From: an uncultured delta proteobacterium
Lineage (GTDB): Bacteria > Myxococcota_A > Polyangia > Polyangiales > Polyangiaceae
Length of the DNA: 64,000 nt
NCBI GenBank assembly: GCA_963716725.1
Contig: CAVQUB010000009.1
Span: 288,001 to 352,000, forward strand
Direction: 5' to 3'
Shown here: one piece after another, positions 9,331-17,950 of the stretch
Numbering within the stretch: position 1 is the stretch's first letter
How the letters are laid out: every line of letters starts with the position of its first letter
The notes under the pieces: model-generated
Databases searched by the model: none
Seen by the model: only the letters and a program-made list of their open reading frames with translations
What the model was told of the DNA's origin: nothing
Translations under genes and position numbers: made by a program

Positions 9331-9651
9331 TCAGACCGGTGTCGCGAGCTTGAGACCGACGATGCCCGCGATGATGAGCCCGAGGCTCAGCAGACGTGGG
9401 GCGCTTGCAGGCTCACCCAACAGCACGATTCCAAGGATCGCCGTGCCGATGGCGCCCACACCCACCCAGACGGCATACGCCGTCCCGACCGGCAGCGACT
9501 TCATCGCGACGCCGAGCAGACCGAGGCTGATGAGCATGGCCACCGCAGTGCCCAGCGTTGGCCAGACGCGCGTGAACCCGTCTGTGTACTTGAGCCCGAT
9601 GGCCCAGCCGACTTCGAACAGCCCTGCGACGACGAGGATGATCCAGTTCAT
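9331..9651 (-). CDS. sugE: SMR-family guanidinium/quaternary ammonium exporter (SugE/Gdx)
   Basis: [28 protein letters not shown]...[19 protein letters not shown]...GE...GIVGLKL, 106 aa. Confidence 0.95.
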   Translation of the reverse strand: MNWIILVVAGLFEVGWAIGLKYTDGFTRVWPTLGTAVAMLISLGLLGVAMKSLPVGTAYAVWVGVGAIGTAILGIVLLGEPASAPRLLSLGLIIAGIVGLKLATPV

Positions 9652-9752
9652 GGGACGATGGCCGCCGGCTCCCGTCCCCGTCGTTCCACCGACGTGACGG
9701 TCCGGATTTGCCGGGCGCTGTCTGTACCTGAAGCCCGCGGGGTGGGCAAAGC

Positions 9753-12170
9753 TCAGGGCCAGAGCGCGTCCCTCACCAAATCGTCGCGGTAGAGCAGGTC
9801 CTCGCAGAGCTCGAAGGGGGCAACTCGATCGCCGACCCGACAGTACGCGCGATCGGCGAGATCCGACTCGCCGCCGAAGCGCTCGATGACCCCGCCGGGA
9901 CCGCTCGCGACGACGGCGCCAGGCATCGCGCCGAAGCGGAGATTGACGCGCTCTATGAGATCCGCGCCCGCGATCAGGACACGCCCCTCGTGTTCGACCA
10001 CCACGACCTTGCCGCTCGGAGCGAGCTCGGCGCGGGACGCCTCCCACGGGGCGGTGACCTCCCCCGCCCTCGAGAGCAACGCGAACTCGCGGTACGAGCA
10101 ACGGATCAGTACGCTGGACCCGTCTGCCGAGACGCTGATCGGTCCGTCCTTGCAGCGGCCGGTCAGCAAGCGCTTCGGCTCGCCGCTCGGCAGGCTCCAT
10201 CGCTCGACGCCGCGAGCAGCCGTGCTGACGATCAAGGCCTTTCCGTCGCCAGAGAGCCCCACCGCGCGCAAATCCTTGGCCGCACCCAGCGCTGCCGCGC
10301 TTCGCTTCTCGAAATCGTAGCGCGTGAGCTGATCTCCCGCCGTGAACACCGCCTGGTCGCCGACGACCGCCAGCGCGCGCCGGCCGCGGTCCCGCCCCGT
10401 CGTGAACTCCGTGGTCCAGGCCCTCGCGCCAATCCGGGTGGAGAAGAACTTGAGTTCGAAGGGCCCGCCGGCGCCGCGCAGCACCTCCGGCGAGGCAAAG
10501 GCGAGCTGGTCGACCCACTCCGGAGCGTCTGCCAGCTCGAGTGGCGCTCCGCTCCGCATCTCCCAGGCGCGAACACCGCGGCCACCGAAGCTCCCGGCGA
10601 GGCGTTGGCCCAGTCGCGAGAACGCCAGCGTGGCCTTGTACCCCGGCACCGAGAAGCTGCGGGCGCGCTCGGTCTGAGCGCCTTCGACGAAGAGGTCGAT
10701 GCGCGAGTCGGAGCCAGTGCCGAGCTCGCGGGCCATGGCGAGATGCCCGTCGGTGACGGCTAGATCTTCCAGGCGGGCCTCCACCCGCCGGGCTGCGACG
10801 CGCAGCTTCCCGCTCGCTGCCTCGACGATGCTGAGCCCCCCGCCGCGGTCGCTGACCGCGATCACCTCGCCGTCCGCCGAGAGCACGGCGCTGCCTCGCG
10901 GCAAGCTCTTGGCGGCCAGGGCACGTCCGCTCGCGCTGTCGAGCTCCATCAGGGCGTCGCCCCAGGTGCCGCCGGTGACGCGGATCCGGCCACCATCCCC
11001 CGAGAACCCCAGGACCGGAGCTGACCACGGCCGGTCGAGGGCCGCGGTGGCGATCGGGGCGCCGGTCGTGACATTCCAAATCTCGAGGGCCATGCGCGAA
11101 TGAATGGAGGCGAGGCGATCACCCGAGGGGGAAAACACGAGAGAGTCCGCTGTCTCGAGCGCGCCCTTCTTGCCCAGTCCACGAACCTTCGTGAGCTTCT
11201 TCGCGTCGAGCAGCTCGAGGCCGCCGGAGCGGGTCGAGCAGGCGACGAAGCTGCCACTCTGCGAGGCAGCGAGCGCCGACACCTCCCGTCCGTCTTTGAT
11301 CACGTACTCGGCGAGCGAGTCGCCGGAGCGCAGATCGAAGCGCCGCACCACGGCATCGAAGCCGGCCCTCGATCCGGTGATGATGCTCTCACCGTCCGCT
11401 GAGAAGGCGAAGCTGCGGATCTCTTGGTCTGCCCACTCGAGCTTGCGTCCGAGGAGGCCGGTGCCCACATCGTAGACGAACAGCTCGCCCTGTCGGGCAA
11501 TCGCCACGCGGTCCCCCCGGGGCGAGAAGCGCGCGCCACCAGAATCGCCGCGGGGCAGCTCACCCTCCAGCCGAAGAAACTGCCGCGGCGCCAGGGTGCG
11601 AGCGTCCATCAGAAGGAGCTCGCCCGCAGCTTGTCCGAGCAACATCGCACCGTCATGGGAGAGCGCGATCGCCTGCAGCTCCGCGACGCCGTTCCAAACC
11701 GTCAGCAGCGTGCCCCTCTTCGAATGTTGTCGCGCGGCGAGCGAAGCGAGACGGCGGGCGCGGGGCGTGTCGCCCGCAGCTCGTGCCTTCTCCGAAGCCG
11801 CCCAGAGCTCGTCGGGAGTGGTGCCCGCACCCTTAGCAGCGACCTCACTCGCCTCTCGATTGCGCACCTCGAGCGCGCGGGTTTGCTCAGCCACGGCGGG
11901 ACACAGCGCGCGTGCTCGCTCGATCAAGTGCGCGGAGCGCTCCCCAAATCCGTCAGTCCCGAGCTGGGTCGCACGAGCCAGCTTGCGTTCGGCGCGCTGA
12001 CAGGCTGTCGGCAGCGGGGTCTCGCTCGGCGCCGTCGCTTCGGTCGCCGAGGCCTTCGCAGGCTGGGACGGCGGCTGAGCCGCTGTCAGCGCCTGCGGAG
12101 CCTGCGGTCCCTGCGGTCCAGACGCACAGCCGAGGGCCGCCACCGCGACCAGAATGAGGCGTCTCGCCAT
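9753..12170 (-). CDS. WD40-like beta-propeller lipoprotein
   Basis: Lipobox ALGC; repeated FSP.G..LA / AFSADG blades. Confidence 0.8.
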   Translation of the reverse strand: MARRLILVAVAALGCASGPQGPQAPQALTAAQPPSQPAKASATEATAPSETPLPTACQRAERKLARATQLGTDGFGERSAHLIERARALCPAVAEQTRALEVRNREASEVAAKGAGTTPDELWAASEKARAAGDTPRARRLASLAARQHSKRGTLLTVWNGVAELQAIALSHDGAMLLGQAAGELLLMDARTLAPRQFLRLEGELPRGDSGGARFSPRGDRVAIARQGELFVYDVGTGLLGRKLEWADQEIRSFAFSADGESIITGSRAGFDAVVRRFDLRSGDSLAEYVIKDGREVSALAASQSGSFVACSTRSGGLELLDAKKLTKVRGLGKKGALETADSLVFSPSGDRLASIHSRMALEIWNVTTGAPIATAALDRPWSAPVLGFSGDGGRIRVTGGTWGDALMELDSASGRALAAKSLPRGSAVLSADGEVIAVSDRGGGLSIVEAASGKLRVAARRVEARLEDLAVTDGHLAMARELGTGSDSRIDLFVEGAQTERARSFSVPGYKATLAFSRLGQRLAGSFGGRGVRAWEMRSGAPLELADAPEWVDQLAFASPEVLRGAGGPFELKFFSTRIGARAWTTEFTTGRDRGRRALAVVGDQAVFTAGDQLTRYDFEKRSAAALGAAKDLRAVGLSGDGKALIVSTAARGVERWSLPSGEPKRLLTGRCKDGPISVSADGSSVLIRCSYREFALLSRAGEVTAPWEASRAELAPSGKVVVVEHEGRVLIAGADLIERVNLRFGAMPGAVVASGPGGVIERFGGESDLADRAYCRVGDRVAPFELCEDLLYRDDLVRDALWP

Positions 12171-12271
12171 CGAACGCAGTCTATACGTCCGACGAGCTCG
12201 GGTCTTCCCGCATCGCTGCTCCGCGCATGCGTTCCCTGCATCGTTCGCGCCCTTGGTTGATCAGGTCGCCG

Positions 12272-12898
12272 TCACCAGTCGCCGCAGTCCAGGCACGCCC
12301 GGGGTTGCGCGGCGTTGGCGCGGGTCTGAGCCGCACGGAAGCGATCCCCAAAGTCGCTGACGGAGCCCATGCGTTCGAGCAACTGGGCCACGTAGCCGTT
12401 CAGCCTGGCCTCGAAGAATGCCTGCTGCTCCTTCACGACGGCTGCGTAGGCCTTGCCGTGTTCGGACGAGCCCGGGCACAGCGGTTCCAGCGCACCAACC
12501 AGGTGCAGCGCGGTGGCGTGCGTGCTGGCCAGCCGCTCCACCGCCGCGTCCGATTGGCACTCGTCCGCCGTGCAGGTGAGCATGCTCCTGGCGACGCCCG
12601 CGACTTCGGGCTGCGCGCGCGCCACCTGCTGCTTCAGGTGCGCGTACATGCGACGGGCATCCTCGGACGCACCTGCGGGGATCACGATGGCCGGCGGCGC
12701 GTCGGACTCGAGCTTGGTCTCGCGCTCCGGCGCGGTGCCGCTCGCGGCGGGCGCCGCCGTGGTGACGGGAAGGATCTCCGGTGCGCTCGAGGGCTCCTGC
12801 GGCGTGGCTTTGGCGCCGCCACACGCGGTCGCCGCGAGGGCCGCGCCCATGAAGAGCGCGCGGCGTCTGAGGAGGATGCGTCGGTCTTCGTCGTTCAT
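12272..12898 (-). CDS. Hypothetical lipoprotein
   Basis: RRRALFMGAALAATACGG (possible Tat-type lipoprotein signal); C-terminal PRACLDC; coding-type codon bias. Confidence 0.65.
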   Translation of the reverse strand: MNDEDRRILLRRRALFMGAALAATACGGAKATPQEPSSAPEILPVTTAAPAASGTAPERETKLESDAPPAIVIPAGASEDARRMYAHLKQQVARAQPEVAGVARSMLTCTADECQSDAAVERLASTHATALHLVGALEPLCPGSSEHGKAYAAVVKEQQAFFEARLNGYVAQLLERMGSVSDFGDRFRAAQTRANAAQPRACLDCGDW

Positions 12899-12984
12899 GG
12901 TGTTGGGGCGCTCGCAGCGTGCGGCGCGTGAGATTAGCCCAGCCAGGGTTGGGTTCCAAAGTCGGCTGTGCGACCCTCGAGACC

Positions 12985-13965
12985 ATGCGGAGCATTTGGC
13001 TGGTCTCGTCGTTGCTGCTCCTCGGCTTCGCCGGCTGCTCGGACGGAGACAGCGGAGGCTCGAGCAAGTCAGACGCAGCCTCGTCCGGCGGAGGCTCGAG
13101 CGGTGGAGGCGGCACTGGTAGCACTGGTGGCACCGATGCCGACGCGAGCAGCGGGGGGACGAGCGGCGCTGCGGGGAGCGGGACCGGCGGCAGCGGCGCG
13201 GGCGGCAGCGGCGCGGGCGGCACCGGCGGCGGGACTCAGAGCGCAGGCTGCGGCAAGACGGGCGCGTTCGTCGGCGTCAACGACGCCGCCACCATCACCG
13301 TGTCCGGCGCAACGCGCAGCTACGTCATCAGCGTGCCGGCCGACTACGCGTCGAGCAAGAGCTGGCCGGTGATCTTCGGATTTCACGGGCTCAACACCGA
13401 TGGCAAGAGCGCGCGCGGCTATCTCAAGCTCGAGCCGGGCGGAGCGAAGGACGCGATCTTCATTTATCCGACGGCGACCAACAAGGCGAGCGGCTGGAAG
13501 ATGAAAGAGGGAGAGGGCGACGTCGAGTTCTTCGATGCGCTCGTCGCTAGCGTGAGCGCGAGCCACTGCGTCGACCCCACGCGCGTCTACGCCACGGGCT
13601 TCTCGCACGGCGCCATGTTCACCAACAATTTGACCTGTTGGCGCGCGTCGAAGCTCCGGGCCGTCGCTCCGACCGGCGGCTCCGGGCCCTGGTATGGCGC
13701 GAGCTGCACCGCGAGCCTGCCCGCGATGATCATTCACGGCAGCAAAGATCCGACGGTCGCTCCCGCCGACGGCGCCAAGACCCGAGACTACTGGCTGAAA
13801 CAAAACGGGTGCGCCGCCGCCAGCACGCCCTACGCGCCCGAGCCCGCGTGCGTGACCTACAGCGGCTGCAAGCGACCGGTGGTCTGGTGTTCCTTCGACG
13901 GCGGTCACACCGTGCCCGCCTTCGCGGGGACCGCGGTGAAGGCCTTTCTGCTCGCGGCGCCGTGA
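12985..13965 (+). CDS. Alpha/beta-hydrolase lipoprotein (PHB depolymerase / feruloyl esterase-like)
   Basis: Lipobox FAGC; PVIFGFHG; GFSHG nucleophile elbow; HGSKD; GGH. Confidence 0.85.
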   Translation: MRSIWLVSSLLLLGFAGCSDGDSGGSSKSDAASSGGGSSGGGGTGSTGGTDADASSGGTSGAAGSGTGGSGAGGSGAGGTGGGTQSAGCGKTGAFVGVNDAATITVSGATRSYVISVPADYASSKSWPVIFGFHGLNTDGKSARGYLKLEPGGAKDAIFIYPTATNKASGWKMKEGEGDVEFFDALVASVSASHCVDPTRVYATGFSHGAMFTNNLTCWRASKLRAVAPTGGSGPWYGASCTASLPAMIIHGSKDPTVAPADGAKTRDYWLKQNGCAAASTPYAPEPACVTYSGCKRPVVWCSFDGGHTVPAFAGTAVKAFLLAAP

Positions 13966-14025
13966 GGTCTGCGCCGAATCTGCGAGCCCGTTGACGCTGC
14001 GGAGCTTGGCTGAGAGCCTGCCGCC

Positions 14026-14363
14026 ATGTTTCGGATTTATGGCTGCTTGCTGCTCGGCTTGCTCACCGCCTGCGGCAGCACGGACGAAGCGCGCTGCTCG
14101 CCGCCGCGGAGCAGACGGCAATGGAGACGGGGGTGCCCGCTCCGAGCGGGCCCGTGAGCTACGGCCTCGGGCTGCAGATGCTCGACGCGAGCATCACTGG
14201 GGGCGCCGGCAAGGCCTACGGGCACGGCGGGTCCATCAACGGCTACCACACCCAGGCGTTTCACTTTCGAGAGACGCAGACCACCATCGTCAGCATCGTG
14301 AACCAAGACGGCAGCGAGCCCAACGATGTGACCGCGGCTGCGTTGACGGCGTTGTTTCCCTGA
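14026..14363 (+). pseudogene. Internally deleted serine hydrolase (beta-lactamase/DD-peptidase family) lipoprotein
   Basis: MFRIYGCLLLGLLTACGSTDE signal joined out of frame at ~14090 to the C-terminal ALLAAAEQTAM...YGLGL...YGHGGSINGY...IVSIVN; the SxxK catalytic region is absent. Confidence 0.7.
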
Positions 14364-14408
14364 GCGCGTCCCGACGCGAGCGCCACCTCGCCCCGGATTG
14401 CAGGCGCC

Positions 14409-14546
14409 TTGACCCGGCGCGAGCACTTGGGTCTGAAGGCCGCCGAGTGGTGCCGCGAGAACGGCATCACGGGCGACGACACCCAGCAGAACGTGAACTG
14501 GTGCCGGGAGTTCGAGTGGCCCGAGATCCCGTTCCAAACACCGTGA
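14409..14546 (+). pseudogene. Orphan C-terminal gene fragment
   Basis: Frame with strong GC3 bias: LTRREHLGLKAAEWCRENGITGDDTQQNVNWCREFEWPEIPFQTP*; no good start or RBS. Confidence 0.35.
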
Positions 14547-14585
14547 GCCGCCGGCGGTGAGGCCAGACGCTTGGGCCGCCGGACG

Positions 14586-15842
14586 CTATCGCTCCGGGTC
14601 GATCACCGCGCTCGAGCGTTGGACCTCGGACCGCGAGATGCCCAGCGTGGCTGCGAGGGACGACCAGCCCCTGAGCGCAGCGCGCACCTCAGCTTCGATG
14701 GCGGAGGCCTGCTGCTGCGTCAGCCGGTAGAACTCCCGGCTCGCACGCAGAGCAGCGACCGACGGGATCGAAGTCGATGCGTCGAGGGCGAGCGCGTGTT
14801 CGTCCTTGTGAAAATTCGGGTTCACGTCGAACGCAGGTGCGAGGCGCCAACCCTTGGCGCCTCGGAGAAAACCGTGGTTGCGCAGGTGATCGTCGCGATT
14901 GCCGATCAGCACGTTGAACACCCCTCGACGATACAGTTCGGCGAGATCCAGCTGGATCGTGTCCGGATCGCCGTGGTCCTGGATCGCGAGCGCGACGTCC
15001 AAGTAGCTCGCCGGGGCGCCGTCATCCTTCATCGTCAGCGTCATGGCCGAGACGTAGAGCCGGCGCCGTTTGCCCTCGCGGTCGAAGCGGCGCACGGCAA
15101 AGGTCCGATGCCCCGGGCCCAGCTGGAGACACTGCGCCGCCGGCACTCGCACCTTCGCCCGCTCCGCAAGCTGGTGTGCCAGATACTCCCAAGCGCCCAC
15201 GTCGTGGCGGTCTTGCGCCGCCGGGAACTTGGCGATCCACAGCCCGCCATCCGATCCGCTGAACGTCGCCTTTGGTCGGGCGCCGCCCAAGCTTGAACCA
15301 GGGGCCAGGAGCTGTCGAAGCCACGTCTCGTATTCCGTACGATCTTCGCAGCCCGGGCTGTCCAGCGCGAGAGCTGCCGCTTCGAGCTCACGCAAGCGCG
15401 CAAGGGGTGGCACTTCGAGGCCGTGGTCTCCAAGGTAGCGCCCACCGTCGTCGAGCTCCCGCAGGCGAAGCGCGCCGATTCGCGACACGTCGGACACGCC
15501 GAGGAGGAAATCCCACTCGCCAAGCTGGCGCGGCTTGCGCCCGTCGCGGGCAGCATCCAGTCCTTCGCGACGCTCCATCAGCACGCGTCCCCAGCGGTCC
15601 GGCGCCGTGTCCCGAAAGATCCCGAACAGACCTCGCGGCTTTGCGGGGAACATCTCCCCGGGAAAGAGCGGCAGCTCCGGGTCGAGAGAAAAGGCTTGGC
15701 GAAGCTGCGACAGCCACGCCTCGGAGTAGACGAACCGACACACCGTCGCACTTCCGCCGCGCTGGCGCGACAGCGCGCCGACGTCCATCGACGACGCGAA
15801 CATCGCGTCATCGAGCTCGACGCTGACTTCTTCGGGCATCAT
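14586..15842 (-). CDS. hipA: HipA-family toxin kinase
   Basis: F.Y...W..F.LDP.L; D.APD.WG; GSSLGGARPKA; WIAKFP; DDHLRNHGFL; LAPAFDVNP; ATGA overlap with the antitoxin. Confidence 0.92.
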   Translation of the reverse strand: MMPEEVSVELDDAMFASSMDVGALSRQRGGSATVCRFVYSEAWLSQLRQAFSLDPELPLFPGEMFPAKPRGLFGIFRDTAPDRWGRVLMERREGLDAARDGRKPRQLGEWDFLLGVSDVSRIGALRLRELDDGGRYLGDHGLEVPPLARLRELEAAALALDSPGCEDRTEYETWLRQLLAPGSSLGGARPKATFSGSDGGLWIAKFPAAQDRHDVGAWEYLAHQLAERAKVRVPAAQCLQLGPGHRTFAVRRFDREGKRRRLYVSAMTLTMKDDGAPASYLDVALAIQDHGDPDTIQLDLAELYRRGVFNVLIGNRDDHLRNHGFLRGAKGWRLAPAFDVNPNFHKDEHALALDASTSIPSVAALRASREFYRLTQQQASAIEAEVRAALRGWSSLAATLGISRSEVQRSSAVIDPER

Positions 15843-16159
15843 CGTTCGGTCGATCCTCGACCGCGGGGAGCACCCTTTTGGTGGATGTCTTGCAGCTGAC
15901 GTCCGAGCGCGTCGTCCGCCGCCAACTCGTCGATGTCCGCGCCAAGACCGAGAACCTGGAGCACACGGAGGAACGCGGCGATGCTGACCGCGGCGTCCCC
16001 TCTCTCCAGCTTGCGGAGCGTGGGCACCGAGACGCCTGCGCGCATCGCCACGGTGCTCTGCGTCATCCGGCGCCGCTTGCGAGCCGCCGCGAGACGCTCC
16101 CCCAACGCAGCGACTTGTCGCGCCGCCGCGGGGAACGCCGGAGGGCTTCGCTTCACCAT
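15839..16159 (-). CDS. XRE-family HTH antitoxin (HipB-like)
   Basis: LGERLAAARKRRRMTQ..A.RAGVS..TLRKLE.G...VS; directly upstream of hipA. Confidence 0.88.
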   Translation of the reverse strand: MVKRSPPAFPAAARQVAALGERLAAARKRRRMTQSTVAMRAGVSVPTLRKLERGDAAVSIAAFLRVLQVLGLGADIDELAADDALGRQLQDIHQKGAPRGRGSTER

Positions 16160-16208
16160 GCAACATAAGCTATCGCTTAGCGACCCTGATGCAACTTTAA
16201 TGTTGCAT
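16158..16208. promoter_or_regulatory. Candidate hipBA operator(s)
   Basis: AT-rich palindrome ATGCAAC-TTTAAT-GTTGCAT (16189-16208) plus a third ATGCAAC half-site at 16158-16164 over the start codon. Confidence 0.65.
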
Positions 16209-16293
16209 TTGCCGGTCGTCGAAGCAACGGCGTCGCACGCCGCGGCACGCCGCAGCAGGCCGTCCACGACGGCGCGCGGCGCGAAGCGCCGGC

Positions 16294-17481
16294 CTAGGGG
16301 CAGGTGACGAACGTGGTTTCGTACTGAGCGAACAGCGCGCCGGTATCATTGCGAAGCTCGACCCGATACGGGACATCGAGCTGGGGCTGCCAACCGTCCG
16401 GCGAGAACGAGCTGAAGTCCGTGTAGAAGTGCCCCTGCTTCATGGGGTTCTCCTTGCCCGTGCTGACCACGAACACGCGTGCGGCCAGCTTGGGCGTGCT
16501 GGCCTTGCCCTTCTGGACAAACCACACGGTGGGCACAGCGCTCTTCACGTTCAGGCCCGGTCCGGGGTGGGCGACAAAGGCCGGATCGCTGCTCAGCGCC
16601 GTGTACGCCCCGCCGTAGTGCATGTCTGAGCTCGAGCCGCTGGCGCCGAACCAAACGCCGGCACGACCGACGGAGAGCACATTGCGGCGGTGGACCAGGT
16701 TCTGATCATTCTCGAGCGCGTAGCCGTTCACCTGTCCGACCAGGCCATACCCGCCGGCGATCAGCGACGAGCCACAGGCCGTTGCGCCAAGCTTCGTATA
16801 ACACTGCACTGTCGGCGCTGGAGAGTGGCCGAAAGAGTAGTTGAGGATCTTTGCGCACTCTTGCTGGCCTTGAGCCGTCGCGGGATCGACCTGCACCGGC
16901 CCAACGCCGAGCATCCAACGATAGAAGTTCAGCCAGCGCAGCGCCGCGGCTTGACCGCTGTAGGGGACAGTACCGGGATCGCAATTGCCGCCCGTGCCCG
17001 CGATCCATTCCTTGTATCCGCTGACCTTGGCAGCGGCGTACTGCGAGCAAACCTCGGCCTTCTTGCGCTTGGTTGGATCGGAGATCGCCGAAGCAACGCA
17101 GGTGGCGCCCGAGGGCTCCCACCCTGGCGCGCAGACGCACTTGTTGCTGTCGTCGCAGAGCTTGGTGCCGGTACACGACGCGCTGCACGCGACGGGCGCG
17201 CCGCCGCTGCCACCGGTCGACGACGTGCCACCGGTCGACGACGTGCCGCCGGTCGACGACGTGCCACCGGTCGACGACGTGCCACCGGTCGACGACGTGC
17301 CGCCGGTCGACGACGTGCCGCCGGTCGACGACGTGCCTCCAGCGCCGGCGACGGAGCCGCCGCTGCCCGAGCTGCCACCCGACGCGCCTCCGGTACCACC
17401 GGATCCCGCATCGTCGTCGCCGCCCCCGCAAGCGACCGCACCCACCGCGCCAAACACCAACAACGAAAGGCCGATCCGCAT
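16294..17481 (-). CDS. CAP/SCP-like domain lipoprotein with GGTSST linker
   Basis: Lipobox AVAC; EGF-like Cys motif; C.PG......AL...NFYRW.LG...FGH.P...HRRNVL, typical of myxobacterial CAP-like proteins. Confidence 0.7.
   Translation of the reverse strand: MRIGLSLLVFGAVGAVACGGGDDDAGSGGTGGASGGSSGSGGSVAGAGGTSSTGGTSSTGGTSSTGGTSSTGGTSSTGGTSSTGGTSSTGGSGGAPVACSASCTGTKLCDDSNKCVCAPGWEPSGATCVASAISDPTKRKKAEVCSQYAAAKVSGYKEWIAGTGGNCDPGTVPYSGQAAALRWLNFYRWMLGVGPVQVDPATAQGQQECAKILNYSFGHSPAPTVQCYTKLGATACGSSLIAGGYGLVGQVNGYALENDQNLVHRRNVLSVGRAGVWFGASGSSSDMHYGGAYTALSSDPAFVAHPGPGLNVKSAVPTVWFVQKGKASTPKLAARVFVVSTGKENPMKQGHFYTDFSSFSPDGWQPQLDVPYRVELRNDTGALFAQYETTFVTCP
17209..17334. repeat. 18-bp tandem repeat x7 (GCC[A/G]CCGGTCGACGACGT), encodes TSSTGG
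   Basis: Seven contiguous copies with no spacers. Confidence 0.95.
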
Positions 17482-17521
17482 GCGCTCAGTCTGAGCGCAG
17501 CTGCGCGCAGCTTCAAGGGGG

Positions 17522-17950
17522 ACCAAGACCTCTCAGCTGCGAATCCGTGTTTCCTCGCGGCAGAAGGCCGGTCTGAAGCAACGGGCGAGTGCGGCCGGAA
17601 TGAGCGTGTCCGAATGGGTGCTCGCCCTGGCGTTTCCACCCAAGCGAGAGCTGTTTGTACAACTGGCGCGTGAGCTCGGGGCGGGAGAGCGCCGCTCGAC
17701 CAGCCTCGCAGCGCTGCACGACTTCCTCGATAGGCTCGACGCGGACGAGTTCTTCCACGTGCTCGAGGACGCGCCACCAGCACGGCTGCGGAGCCCGGAC
17801 GACGCGATCGTCGCGGCGATGGTCGAGCACGCGGCGTCGCTGAAGCGCGCGCAACGTGTCCGCCTGCGCATGACACCGCAGGCGTCGCGGCTGATCGGGC
17901 GTGCGCCAATCTCCGACGCCCGACGACGCCCGCGCCCGCTCCCCGCCTAG
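17522..17950 (+). pseudogene. Degenerate ribbon-helix-helix (DUF1778-like) antitoxin-type gene
   Basis: In frame upstream of ORF 17600: TKTSQLRIRVSSRQKAGLKQRASAAGMSVSEWVL (RHH pattern), preceded by GGG rather than a start codon; sequence after AAMVEHAA looks like run-on. Confidence 0.55.

Noticed and set aside
9331..11079. 582-aa SugE fusion in the ORF track
   Set aside because: Only the last 106 aa are SMR; the rest is an alternate frame of the WD40 gene.
14586..16166. 526-aa extended HipA
   Set aside because: The N-terminal extension overlaps the antitoxin gene; the ATGA-coupled start at 15842 fits better.
17209..17334. Possible CRISPR array
   Set aside because: 18-bp units are contiguous with no spacers, lie in frame within a Gly/Ser linker, and no cas genes are present.
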